The position numbers were made by a program, and so were the translations under genes. Positions 39,641 to 51,689 of a DNA stretch of 64,000 nt are shown here, piece after piece; the stretch's first letter is position 1; each line of letters begins with the position of its first letter. Under the pieces are notes generated by a model. It ran no database searches, was not told the origin of the DNA, and saw only the letters and a program-made list of their open reading frames with translations. This stretch comes from Octopus sinensis (taxonomy: Eukaryota). The DNA is taken from positions 66,030,001 to 66,094,000 of the forward strand of contig NC_043004.1 of the NCBI RefSeq assembly GCF_006345805.1, read 5' to 3'.

Positions 39641-40207
39641 TATTATTATTATTATTATTATTGAGTGAGCGAGCAGAGCATACCATCAAAGTGACACTGG
39701 GGTAAAATATACGAAGCCCAATATACCCATCATGACTACCCGTCTGATATGGGTACACCAGGCACATGCATCACAACCATATGTGCGCGACATGGTGATC
39801 TCATATCAAGATAAACAGCACATGATCTTGCAGGTGGAGCCCAGTTAAAATTTTCTTCAGATCGAGTAACCCATCCCGCTCAAAAGGTCCCTGAATAAGG
39901 GTTGTTTAAGGATGTTGAACGAAACACCCATGTTTCCAGAGGTGAATCATTCAAACCCCAAAGTATCCCTCTCAACACATAGCTGTGATGCTCCCCCACA
40001 ACTTCTGCTCGTGATCAGAGATGCACATATCGTCAGCCACTAAGGGAGATGCTCAACTGGTTACGGTCAAGCAACTGATAAGCAAATCTGTGGTATTGAG
40101 CAGAATATTTGCTGTAGCCCATCTTTTATACCAAGACATAACAATGTACATGATAACACTTCCAATCAGTTAAGATAAGAAGCCACGAGAGCCATTGCCT
40201 TGTACTG

Positions 40208-40271
<64 letters not shown>

Positions 40272-40851
40272 GAGTGAGAGAGCAGTGCATGCCATCAAAG
40301 TGCCACTGATGTAATATATACGATGCCTAGTTCACCCATCATAACTACCCATCTGATAAGGGTACACCAGGCACATGCATCACAACCGTATGTGTGCCAC
40401 ATAGTGATCTCATCTCCAGATAAACAGCACATGACCTTGAAGGTGTGGCCCACTTAGAATTTTCTTCTGCTCGAGTAGCCTTTCCCGCTCAAAAGATCCC
40501 CGATTAAGGGTTGTTTAAGGATGTTGAATGAAACACCCATGTTTCCAGAGGTGAATCATTCAAACCCCAAAGAATCCCTCTCAACACATGGGTATGATGC
40601 TTCCCCACTACTTCTGCTTGTGGTCAGAGATGCACATATCGTCAGCCACTAAGAGACATGCTCAACTGGTTAAGGTCAAACAACTGACAAGCAAATCTAT
40701 GGCATTGAGCAGAATATTTGCTGTAGCCCATCTTTTATACCAAGACATAACAATGTACATGATAACATTTCCAATCAGTTAAGATTAGAAGCCACGAGAG
40801 CCACTGCCTGGTACTGCATTATTATTATTATTATTATTAATATTATTATTA

Positions 40852-40889
<38 letters not shown>

Positions 40890-41456
40890 TATTATTATTA
40901 TTATATTATTGAGTGAGCGAGCAGAGCATACCATCAAAGTGACACTGGGGTAAAATATACGAAGCCCAATATACCCATCATGACTACCCGTCTGATATGG
41001 GTACACCAGGCACATGCATCACAACCATATGTGCGCGACATGGTGATCTCATATCAAGATAAACAGCACATGATCTTGCAGGTGGAGCCCAGTTAAAATT
41101 TTCTTCAGATCGAGTAACCCATCCCGCTCAAAAGGTCCCTGAATAAGGGTTGTTTAAGGATGTTGAACGAAACACCCATGTTTCCAGAGGTGAATCATTC
41201 AAACCCCAAAGAATCCCTCTCAACACATGGCTGTGATGCTCCCCCACAACTTCTGCTCGTGATCAGAGATGCACATATCGTCAGCCACTAAGGGAGATGC
41301 TCAACTGGTTAAGGTCAAGCAACTGATAAGCAAATCTGTGGTATAGAGCAGAATATTTGCTGTAGCCCATCTTTTATACCAAGACATAACAATGTACATG
41401 ATAACACTTCCAATCAGTTAAGATAAGAAGCCACGAGAGCCATTGCCTTGTACTGC
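39021..41456 (-). repeat. Higher-order tandem array A-B-A-B of a 546-bp element separated by (TAA)n
   Basis: Units 39021-39566, 39663-40208, 40272-40817 and 40911-41456 are each 546 bp; ORF 39337 equals ORF 40588 (period 1251); minus-strand 3' end is GCACTGCTCTCTCACTC(AAT)n. Confidence 0.95.
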
Positions 41457-41476
41457 ATTATTATTATTATTATTAA

Positions 41477-41551
<75 letters not shown>

Positions 41552-42544
41552 TACTACTAGTAGTAGTAGTAGGGGCACCAAGTAGTAGTAGTAGTAGCAG
41601 CAGCAGCTTGCGCCTTTCCGTTAGCAGTAGTGTTCGTAATAGCCGTAATAGCATCTGCAAGATACGAACTCATTGCTGATGTGTAATGTCGATGACAATA
41701 ATGGAGTTGTTGATGGTGGTAGTGCTGGTGAAGGTGTATTAGGATGATCATTAGGATGATCATAATATTGAGGGCGACGGTGGGAAGTGAATTTGAGGTT
41801 AATGATGATGATGGTGATGATTATGATAGAAAATATATATTTATATAACCTCATGAATTATACAAAAAAAATAAACAATAAGAACCAGAATGGTATCTTG
41901 GGAAATGAAGAAAAAATATTTGTGAAAATGTGAAATATAAGAAAAAATTACAATTAAAAAAATGAATGTAGTAAAATAAAAAATAGCAGGAAACTGTGAG
42001 TGACTGAAAGAAGCAGGGAGAGAGAGAGGGAGAGAAAGAGAGATGGAGAGAGTGATGGCGAGAGAAAGTGAAGGAAAGAGAGGGGGCTATGAGGATGTAG
42101 TGGGGATGAAGAACACATTGATAAAAAACCATTAAATTGTATATAATGCCTATTGTTATATGATTTTTGAAAAAATATAATGAAAACTTCATTGGAATCA
42201 GCACTGAGACAAGAAACTTTGGAAAAATTTATTTCTTGATCTTCCACTAAAAAAGTAGATTATGTGTATTACTACGCGTGAGTAATAAGGCTTGTATGAT
42301 TCATTCAATAGATGAATGCTTTATCACGTCATATCCGAGTAATTAAGTTACTTACTTTTCAATCATGGGGCTCTGATTTCGATTCAAGAGTGTGACATTT
42401 ACTATAGTTGCGATTCGGGAAAGTGTTTTAATTTACTATAGTTGCGATTCAACCTAAAAGTTTTCGAAGTTACTGAGGACCAAGCTAGAATACTTTCGGA
42501 TGAAAGGATTTGTACGGTTGAGTGATTTGGTTTTAGAATTTCAT

Positions 42545-42896
42545 AGCTTGCTTACGAACCACATGGTTCTGGGTTCAGTCCCAATGCATGGCAACTTGGG
42601 CAAGTGTCTTCTACTATAGCCACGGGCTGACCAAAGCCTTGTGAGTAGATTTGGTATATATGTATGTATATGTGTAGATGTTTGTATGTCTGTTTTTGTC
42701 CCCCCAACATCACTTGACAACAGCTGCTGACGTGTTTACCTCCCTGTAACTTAGCGGTCTGGCAAAAGTGACCGATAGAATAAGTACTAGGCTTAGTACA
42801 AAGAATAAGTCCCGGGGTCGATTTGCTCGACTAAAGGCGGTGCTCCAGCATGGCCTTAGTCAAATGACTGAAAGAAGTAAAAGAGTAAAAGAGTAA
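42545..42896 (+). mobile_element. tRNA-derived SINE (family A)
   Basis: CTTACGAACCACATGGTTCTGGGTTCAGTCCC..CTTGGGCAAGTGTCTTCTACTATAGCC..GACTAAAGGCGGTGCTCCAGCATGGCC..AAGTAAAAGAGTAAAAGAG. Confidence 0.88.
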
Positions 42897-43792
42897 ATGT
42901 ACATCTTTCTTTTGGGATGCTGACATTCATATCTCTCAGTGTATTCTTCAGAGAATTTGTAGTGTTTTGTTTACGATGCAGATTAATATTGCGAGAAGGC
43001 TTCACGCTCGCAAAATCAATAGAACTTCAGAAAAAAAACCTTGTGACTCATTATATTAGTGGTTTAAATCCCCTCAGCTGTGCTTTTCATCCTTTTTGGG
43101 GGTCGATAAACATACCTGTGAAGCAGTGGTGCTGATGACGTCGACTACCTTATCTCCCTCAAGTATGATTGGATTGTTTCTAAATCCCAAATAATTAATT
43201 ATTAGTACGAAAATCTTTTGGCTGAGTTAGTGACCACAGGGCAAACAAGTTGCTATATGTATTTACATCCCTGTACGTTCTGAATTCAAATAACACCGAG
43301 ACAAGGAGAGATAAAATATATTATTCTCATATAGTCCAGGCAATGTAATCGATTATGTTGATGCAACCTGGCAAAATATGTTACAATATGTCCTTGATCA
43401 AGAGATTTTGAATAAAAATATCCGCAAGGTCGAATTCGCCATTTGGATCGTTAAAATATTGTATCATTTATGTGCTGGATCTATGGTATTCCATACACCA
43501 CCTCCGCCTTCAAACTTTAAGCCTCCCATTTATAACAAGAACAATGATTGCCATAAGGAAATTAGTAAACAGTAAGTTACGTAGACATCAAAATACGAGT
43601 GATCGCGATAAAATGAACCAGTCCTGTGCAGTTGTTGGAAGTTTTGACTAATATATTTACCCTAAGACTCTTTGATTGTGTTAAACTGAAATTATGCCGA
43701 AAATTATAACCAAAAAAAAAGAATGCATGGATTTCATCCAGATTTTGACAATTTAAAAAAGATTGAAATTTCAGTGAAAAACATCACATCGT

Positions 43793-43997
43793 ACTCTTTT
43801 ACTTGTTGCAGTCATTTGACTGTGGTCATGCAGGAGCACCGCCTTTAGTCGAGTAAATCGACCCCCAGGACTTATTCTATCGGTCTCTTTTGCCGAATCG
43901 CTAAGTTACAGGGACGTAAACACACCAGCATCGGTTGTTAAGTGATGTTGGGTGGGGAAAAACACAGACAAACAAATACATACATACATACATACAG

Positions 43998-44028
<31 letters not shown>

Positions 44029-44175
44029 ACGGGCTTCTTTCAGTTTCCGTCTACCAAATCCACTCACAAGGCTTTGGTTGGCTCGAGGTTATAGTAGAAT
44101 TGCCCAAGGTGCCACGCAGTGGGACTGAACCCGGAACCATGTAGTCCGTAAGCATGCTACTTACCACACAGCCAT
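43793..44175 (-). mobile_element. tRNA-derived SINE (family A)
   Basis: Near full-length reverse complement with internal (TA)/(CATA) tract. Confidence 0.88.
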
Positions 44176-46164
44176 TGCCTACGCATATGCGTAATACCTC
44201 TAAGTCATAAATTACAGGTAAATATCATGCTGAGGATTTCTAAAATAAATGAAATAATGCTGCGCATGCTTACCTCCAACTAGAACTTACTGATAGAGAA
44301 ATAAATTAAATATGTGAAATTAAAAATACACTTTCTGCCTCATTCTTCCAGTGACAAATTCAAATTCTCATCCCACCTCACGTTATGAGGGCAGAATTAT
44401 CCCCATTTTAAATGGTCATAACGGTAGGGAACCATATGTATAAATGATTGCTTCTGCATGAAAATTCTGTGACTGGAGTGCAAGAAATGGATGCTGAATC
44501 TTCATCATATCATACCCTATCGTCTTACACAATGTAAATCATATTGGGTAATATGGAGACTCTTTCCTAGGGCATTGTTGTCAGGTAGGGGGTCGTTGTT
44601 CTAGATGTGAGCGCTGTAAAACTGTGAGAACCCTTCTATTTGCCAATATTTTTCGGAGGGAATGGTGGAGAGTGGAATCGATCCTTTTACACAGTTCGTT
44701 AGTTATGATTCCGAAAATGGGGAGTGCGATTTTGAGCTTAACGGGCTTTGGAATCAGAAAGCAAAGAAATGTAACTAATTAACACATGCAACTTTGGTAA
44801 TCATTTTAAGAATTAACTGTCAACACGCTAGAACAAAGCATACATGAATGAATGTATATTATAATGAAAGTTTTTTTTTCTGCGTTTGTTATTGTGTTCC
44901 TGAGACCAATAGATTATTACGTGATATTTCACGGATTTCATAGAAGATAATCCGTATAAGCTGAAAAGCTCATTATTATGACATCATTTCAATCATGGCT
45001 TGTCAACACAGGAAAATAAAGAGATTTTATTTTTGATATCTTTACCTTTATTTTATATTTCTGTAAAAAATTCCGTTACATTTATATTATGACGTCATAA
45101 ATTGCACATTTCCTTTAAAATACGACGTCCATTATTTTCAATTATGATATATGGAAAAACAACTAAAAAAACTGTAAAACAATGAATTTATTCAATCAAT
45201 TCATTGAATTTATATATTGTATGCAAGGAAGACTAATATTTATTCTTTAATTGTTTGTCAACGTTTACTTTTTACGGAAAAAAACGAAAACTCTATGAAT
45301 ATTTTACTCTTGGTGAAAACAATAGACTGCTTTTAAGGTAACTATATGATTTTCTCCTTAAATGTTTGTTGTGAGACAACAATTGTCAAATTGTCAAATT
45401 ATAAAAACAATTATAATTAAATAAAGTGAACAGTTACTGTAAATTCTCCGGCAGTGATTATTCACCAGCGTGCTCATATTTGGGAGAGAGCTGGTTAAGA
45501 GATTTCTATAAAAAGATACGATAATATTGTGGATATAATTATAAAAAAATAATTCCTTTGTCATTTATTCTCTGCGACAAACATTTGTAAGGTATCAGTA
45601 GATTTATTAGTCAGCAATGTATATTATGTCGAATTTGAACAATTTGTCTATAGAATAAGTAGTTGGACGGAGCAACGGGCAATAATGCTATATGTACAGT
45701 TCAATCTAAGTCTGAAACTTGGTCAAAGTGCTTCGCGCCATCTTTATCTATTGAAGAAACACACTACAAGCAAATGCCGTAATTAAATTCTACCGTAAGT
45801 ATTACACATGTAAATGTGTCTACTCAGTTTCAATCAAAAACTAATGTAACTGGTTGGATTAGCTATTTGTTATTGGTTAGTAAAGAATGTACGCAGCTGC
45901 TAACGACCACCTCGACTAGTATTAAAACGTGCATGTACTACAATTCACTCAAATCTACTTTATAGATGCATTGTTTACAATTATTGTGACACAGTATTGA
46001 CTTATAATATGTAGATATATTCTATAATTCATTATAGCGGTGAAACAAGAGACTCTTAACCTACCAGTAATTTATTGTTCAAACTAGCAGCGAAGGAATG
46101 AGATAAAATTGTAGATTCACCTATCCTGTATATATTACTCTCTGACATTAGTGGATTTCTTTTT

Positions 46165-46320
46165 CTCCGTTCTGAGTTTTAATGCCACCGGGATCAACTT
46201 TGCTTTTCAGCCCATTGGAACCGATAAAATAAATATCAGTTAATCACTGCGGTTGATATAATCGACTAAACTTCAATTCAAAACTTCCTGGCCCTGTGCC
46301 AAAATTTGAAATCAGTATTA
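46165..46320 (+). mobile_element. Diverged family C SINE
   Basis: CGTTCTGAGTTT.AAT.CCACCG.G.TCAACTTTGC.TTTCA.CC..GATAAAATAAAT..GATATAATCGACT..GGCCCTGTGCCAAAATTTGAAA. Confidence 0.65.
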
Positions 46321-46508
46321 GTGGATTTATAATCAGTTTGTTTGTGAATAGTTAAAGAGGGTACACAACAGTTGGTAATGAACCTGCTTTGTACTGAAAG
46401 GTGCAAAATGTACGCACTGTTCCTCAAGTTTAAGGCATTTACGAGTATTGTTAATAGCAATAGCCATGAATGTCATATTCACTGGTTTCTATACACATAG
46501 GAAAAAAC

Positions 46509-47050
46509 TTATTTAATCACGTTACAATCTGGGGCACATTTTAGGCAAGCTTCGCCTACGTTTCGAACTCTTCTCTCGATCTTACAAATGACGTCAGCGA
46601 TGTTTTCATCATGCTCCGGTATATAATGGGGGTGTATAAAGTTAATATGATACACATAGGGCGTACACCGAGTATTTATTAACGTGATAAACTTATAATC
46701 TTTCTTCACATAAAATGTAAGCAGATCATTATTGAATCTGGTATTGTGTGGAATGTTGTGCCAAGAATTCATATTTTTTCTTCTGGAGAAATTTTCTCAG
46801 CATTTAGAGTCTTATGTATTACACATCAATTGGACAATTTAAAACCACCCAAGCTTCTGAATGAGATATAAAAAGCGTACAAAATATGTTTGTTAAGTCG
46901 CTTCTTCCACTAGAAATAAAGAGACAATAAGTTATCTGGAAAATTATCAGTGCTGTCACATACATGAAAGATACCGCTGATTCATTCTTCTATGGAAAAA
47001 CATATCAGGACGATTGATTGCAGATGCAATGCATTTGAACACAATTCTGT
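46509..47050 (-). mobile_element. PIF/Harbinger transposase remnant (includes ORF 46509-46772)
   Basis: Successive minus-strand frames: QRYLSC (cf. LRYLATG), GRSDLTNIFC (cf. GRSTISxIVC), WVVLNCPIDV (cf. WxFPNCxGAIDG), LLTFYVKKDYKFI (cf. LLALVDADYKFI). Confidence 0.45.
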
Positions 47051-48454
47051 TTGGATTGATCTAACATTGGGCGAAACACAAAAACATCACTGGCAACAAC
47101 GTCGATAATAAATAGTTTGATGAAAAGAGACAAAGAAATTGCTTTTTCATGCTCGGTCGAAATGCTATAAATAACTGTAAAGTATCACTCTAAATCACAC
47201 CCCGAACCACTGGAGAAGTGACCAGTTACGTTAAATGAGGTAGGTCTTGATATGATGGTCAAGATTGGAACAGATGTGAACTAAATTCTGTTAGGCCAAA
47301 ATTGCTCTAGAGCTAAACAGTAAAACATCTGGAGATTGGCGGACTAAGCTTTTGAAAGCTAATATACATTGCTTAAGAGATACAGTGCACTGCAAGTACT
47401 ACCGTAACAGTATAAGAAAGGCGGCCAAGTATGTAATAAATCAATGCAGAAAAATCTACAGACAGACTCGTCGAGCTAGAAACAACAAGCACTCATCTAT
47501 CAAATCACATCTTGTTATCTTGCAAAAGGAGGAACAAAAAATACAAAAGTAGTACAGCGTGATATAGTCTTAGATATTCTGTTACCGGAAAAATAAAGGA
47601 AGACGGAACAATGGGGAAATAATATGGCCCAATGTGATATGTATTTGATCTCAGGACCACAAAACCAAGACTAGCCGAGAATTGAGAACGAAAAGATCAA
47701 CAATAGCGTTTATGGCAGTATATAAAAGCGCAGTAATTTAACACATTGTTACATACACTATAAATTTAGCCATTGACATTATGCATTCCTCTAATTATCC
47801 TGCATGAACTTATATCATCTATACTCATAGCCTCTTCAAATGATCTGATATGCAAATGGAGATGTAAGATACGTTGTACTTAGCTATACATAGACTACGT
47901 AAAGTGCGTCTTTTACTGATTATCGTTCAATCTCTATAGTGCTATTATTTGTGAATTACTCTCACATGAAAGATAATTTTGGTGTTACAGAGAACTTGGA
48001 TGAGTTTAAGAAAGTCGGAATCAATCTTATAGATTTCTAATATACAGAAACCGAAGTCAAGTAGATTATTGGCTAAATAAAGACGTAAGTAGCTGGGTAA
48101 AATGACGGTATGTAATGAAAATGCCAATACTGTAAACTATGGCATCTAAAGAGAGATTAAGCGATTTTTCTTTCGTATCAAAAAAGTATCTAAAATGTTA
48201 GGCATTATGTCGAATTGGATAGACATTGTGTATCTCAGATAAGTCAGTCAGTTTTAAAAGCAGATAGAAGTGTAATGTGTATATATTAATGTATATATGT
48301 AGTTATGAGTGTATATATTTATATGTGAATGTATGTATATATATATATATATAGACCGGAGTAAACACATAAATGTGAAACAAGGTGGAAAAAAGAGTAC
48401 TCAAATACCAGTGGTAGAGTAATATGCTTTATTTTAAGCAGCAGAAAATTCAAC

Positions 48455-48502
48455 AAAATCTGTTACTCTGAGTTTCTCGTTGCCGTTCATCAGACAGTTT
48501 TT
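48455..48502 (-). ncRNA. Type I hammerhead ribozyme with intact core (left arm)
   Basis: Exact reverse complement of 51431-51478; CTGATGA at 48493-48487. Confidence 0.7.
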
Positions 48503-49225
48503 GCTAGAATGGAACTTATATATTAATTCAATCTATACTCTTACAAACGCTACACCTTTAAAAGAAATGGACTTGTTTGATTGGCCCTTTAGAAAAAACG
48601 GTCAATCTTCGAGCGATAAACAAAAAGGTCAAAAATATATGTATATATATATAAAAAAAACTTATAAAAATTATAAAATCCGAGGAAAAAACCGAGGAAA
48701 AAACCTATTGCCGTTAATGAAGACAGTACAAATTAATGCATAGAAATTAAACCTGTTATAAATACTGCAATACATATTTATATTAAAATCTACATATATA
48801 TATCAACATACACAAAAGGATGCGCGTAAACGCCATACATACATATACAGACGTATGAATATGAATCTAAATATACACATAAAAGCATGTGTACATATAT
48901 TCACGCAAACCGTCTCGCACGCAAGCTAAAATTCATCTATGTAGCAATTCTCATATACTGAGCAAGGAGGGGGAACGAAAGAAAGGGAAAGAGAGAAAAA
49001 GGAACGAAGGAGGGGTGGGGAAAAACTTGTAACGATGTTATTGGCATCTATAGAGGCCAGTATACATACACAAGTTTGAATTGATACATATACATACCGT
49101 CGTATATATGTGTGCTTAAGCACAAGCATACTTTCACTTACACATACACAGATACGCATGCTTACAAATACATATGCTTTGCTATACACATACTTATATA
49201 AACATTCTAATTTTGACAACATTGC

Positions 49226-50417
49226 ATACGACGGGGCTGAATTATGTATGCTCATAGGAGCCTTTATTCTCCATAATCTAAAAATAGAATTCCCACTTAT
49301 AGATGCAGGTTTATATAGGGATGACGGCCTTATAGCCACGCATAATCTAAACGGCCATGAATCAGATAGACTTAGGAAGGACCTTATAGCTTTCTTTCAA
49401 AGGATGGGCTTACGGATTACGATAGATGCTAACCTGAATAGTGTAGATTTTTTAGACGTAAATTTTAATGTAAGATCGGATAGATTTAAACCTTTCCGTA
49501 AGCCCAATGAAAAGCTATCGTATATTAGCAAAGATTCGAACCATCCACCAGTTATCCTTAGCAACTTAGGCAGCAATGTAGGTAGAAGAATATCTTCAAT
49601 TTCTTCGGACGAGGCAGCATTCCATAATGCTGCACCTTATTACGATAGCGCATTAAAGAATAGTGGATTCTCGGAGAAGATCCAGTTCAACCAGCTTAAT
49701 GCTAATAATAATGCTGCACACGAAGAACTAGGACCAGGAAAGTTTTGTGGTTCAACCCGGCTTTCAATTTGGCCGTAAAGACTAATATAGGTAAGGAATT
49801 TTTGAGATTAGTCTCTAAGCATTTTAAGCAGGGTCATAAATTCTACAGAATATTTAATAGAAGAACCCTGAAGGTTAGCTATTCTTGTTGCAGAAATTTC
49901 GCCTCTTACATTAGCCAACATAATAGGAAGCTAATTGAGATAGACATGGTGCCGAGCCCATTAAGAAATGTAATTTCAAAAACGAAAGCTCTGTCCGTTA
50001 GAAGGGAAATGTCTAGTGAAAGGAGTAGTTTATAGAGCCAAGGTGCAAGTGGAAGGCTCATCGGAATACAAGACATACACAGGGGCTTCAGAAAATTCAT
50101 TTAAAACAATTTTATTCTCATAAGAATTCTTTTAAATACCCAGAGAATAGGAAGAAAACCAGCCTAGCAAAATATGTCTGGGAACTAAAGAAAAAGAAGC
50201 CCCACCTTTCAACGTGACATGGAGCATTCTGGACAGGGCGGCACCATACAGGCATGGAGCTTACAAATATAATTTCAAGTGCAGACTTTGCCTATTAGAG
50301 AAAATGCACATCTTATTCAAAGACAATAATTCTTTGAATCAAAGAAGTGAGTTAATGAACTTATGTAGGCACGCGGCTAAATTTAAAATGTCGAATATAA
50401 ATATACCATATGGATAG
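49226..50417 (+). pseudogene. Penelope-like RT (C-terminal part) and GIY-YIG endonuclease, about four frameshifts
   Basis: YDGAELCMLIG, GLYRDDGL, VDFLDVNFN, KPFRKPNEKLSYISKDSNHPP, WFNPAF..VKTNIGKEFL, KVSYSC, CPLEGKCLVKGVVYRAKV, KTYTGASENSFK, KYVWELK, CRLCLLEK, LNQRSELMNLCRH. Confidence 0.92.
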
Positions 50418-51430
50418 AGTATATATTTTGTATTTTTGATTTTTGATTTTGATTTTGACTCTTGAGCGCTACGACGGATTTATAGCAAAGTCTTATGTTT
50501 ATACATATATATTAGGAAAAACCTACAAACTTTGTTTTCATGTTATTGTATTGCATAGGATTACCTTGATTATTTATATCACCCTGATTATTTATAAATG
50601 ACCCAAAATAGGATGTTATATTTTATTTTATATGTCTTTCGTATATATTTTTATTAATGCACCCATTTATTAAAAGCAATGTTTTTTTTAAAAAAAAGCA
50701 ATGTTGTCAAAATTAGAATGTTTATATAAGTATGTGTATAGCAAAGCATATGTATTTGTAAGCATGCGTATCTGTGTATGTGTAAGTGAAAGTATGCTTG
50801 TGCTTAAGCACACATATATACGACGGTATGTATATGTATCAATTCAAACTTGTGTATGTATACTGGCCTCTATAGATGCCAATAACATCGTTACAAGTTT
50901 TTTCCCCACCCCTCCTTCGTTCCTTTTTCTCTCTTTCCCTTTCTTTCGTTCCCCCTCCTTGCTCAGTATATGAGAATTGCTACATAGATGAATTTTAGCT
51001 TGCGTGCGAGACGGTTTGCGTGAATATATGTACACATGCTTTTATGTGTATATTTAGATTCATTAGATTCACATTCATACGTCTGTATATGTATGTATGG
51101 CGTTTACGCGCATCCTTTTGTGTATGTTGATATATATATGTAGATTTTAATATAAATATGTATTGCAGTATTTATAACAGGTTTAATTTCTATGCATTAA
51201 TTTGTACTGTCTTCATTAACGGCAATAGGTTTTTTCCTCGGTTTTTTCCTCGGATTTTATAATTTTTATAAGTTTTTTTATATATATATACATATATTTT
51301 TGACCTTTTTGTTTATCGCTCGAAGATTGACCGTTTTTTCTAAAGGGCCAATCAAACAAGTCCATTTCTTTTTAAAGGTGTAGCGTTTGTAAGAGTATAG
51401 ATTGAATTAATATATAAGTTCCATTCTAGC

Positions 51431-51478
51431 AAAAACTGTCTGATGAACGGCAACGAGAAACTCAGAGTAACAGATTTT
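51431..51478 (+). ncRNA. Type I hammerhead ribozyme with intact core (right arm); predicted cleavage after 51469
   Basis: Helix I AAAAACTGT/ACAGATTTT; CTGATGA 51440-51446; CG-GCAA-CG GNRA mini-helix II; GAAA 51457-51460; helix III ACT-cag-AGT; GUA triplet 51467-51469. Confidence 0.75.
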
Positions 51479-51645
51479 GTTGAATTTTCTGCTGCTTAAA
51501 ATAAAGTATATATATATATATATATGTGTGTGTGTGCATATATATATGTATGTGGGCATGCATTTATATACTTGCATAATTATATATATATATGCGGGTG
51601 TGTGTATGAACTTATAAACATGCATAACTATATATATATATATAG

Positions 51646-51689
<44 letters not shown>

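Larger units (their letters stand above)
48355..51506 (+). mobile_element. Young 5'-truncated Penelope-like element with ~800-bp inverted terminal arms, inserted in (TA)n
   Basis: Arms 48427-49225 and 50698-51506 are near-identical reverse complements; the core encodes RT and GIY-YIG; extra 3' tail 48355-48426 is present only on the left arm. Confidence 0.95.

Noticed and set aside
39021-41456. CRISPR-like or protein-coding interpretation of the array (duplicate 64-aa and 77-aa ORFs)
   Set aside because: Units are 546 bp with microsatellite spacers, there are no cas genes, the context is eukaryotic, and the ORFs are incidental.
11630-46782. Apparent paralogous terminal exons at 11.6-11.9 kb and 46.5-46.8 kb (shared RCx4YHx12DE and CxIxRR..NxGE patterns), suggesting a tandem gene pair
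   Set aside because: Both segments fit better as different parts of decayed PIF/Harbinger transposases, with stops and frameshifts in adjacent motifs; the shared pattern was noticed post hoc.
46509-48036. Faint resemblance of the spliced peptide to STING or SGNH-hydrolase C-termini
   Set aside because: Only 3-4 scattered residues match and diagnostic motifs (EYATP; GDS/DxxH context) are absent.
49110-49225. N-terminus of the 222-aa ORF 49110-49778
   Set aside because: It is read from the inverted UTR arm; genuine RT similarity begins only near 49226, so the ORF start is chimeric.
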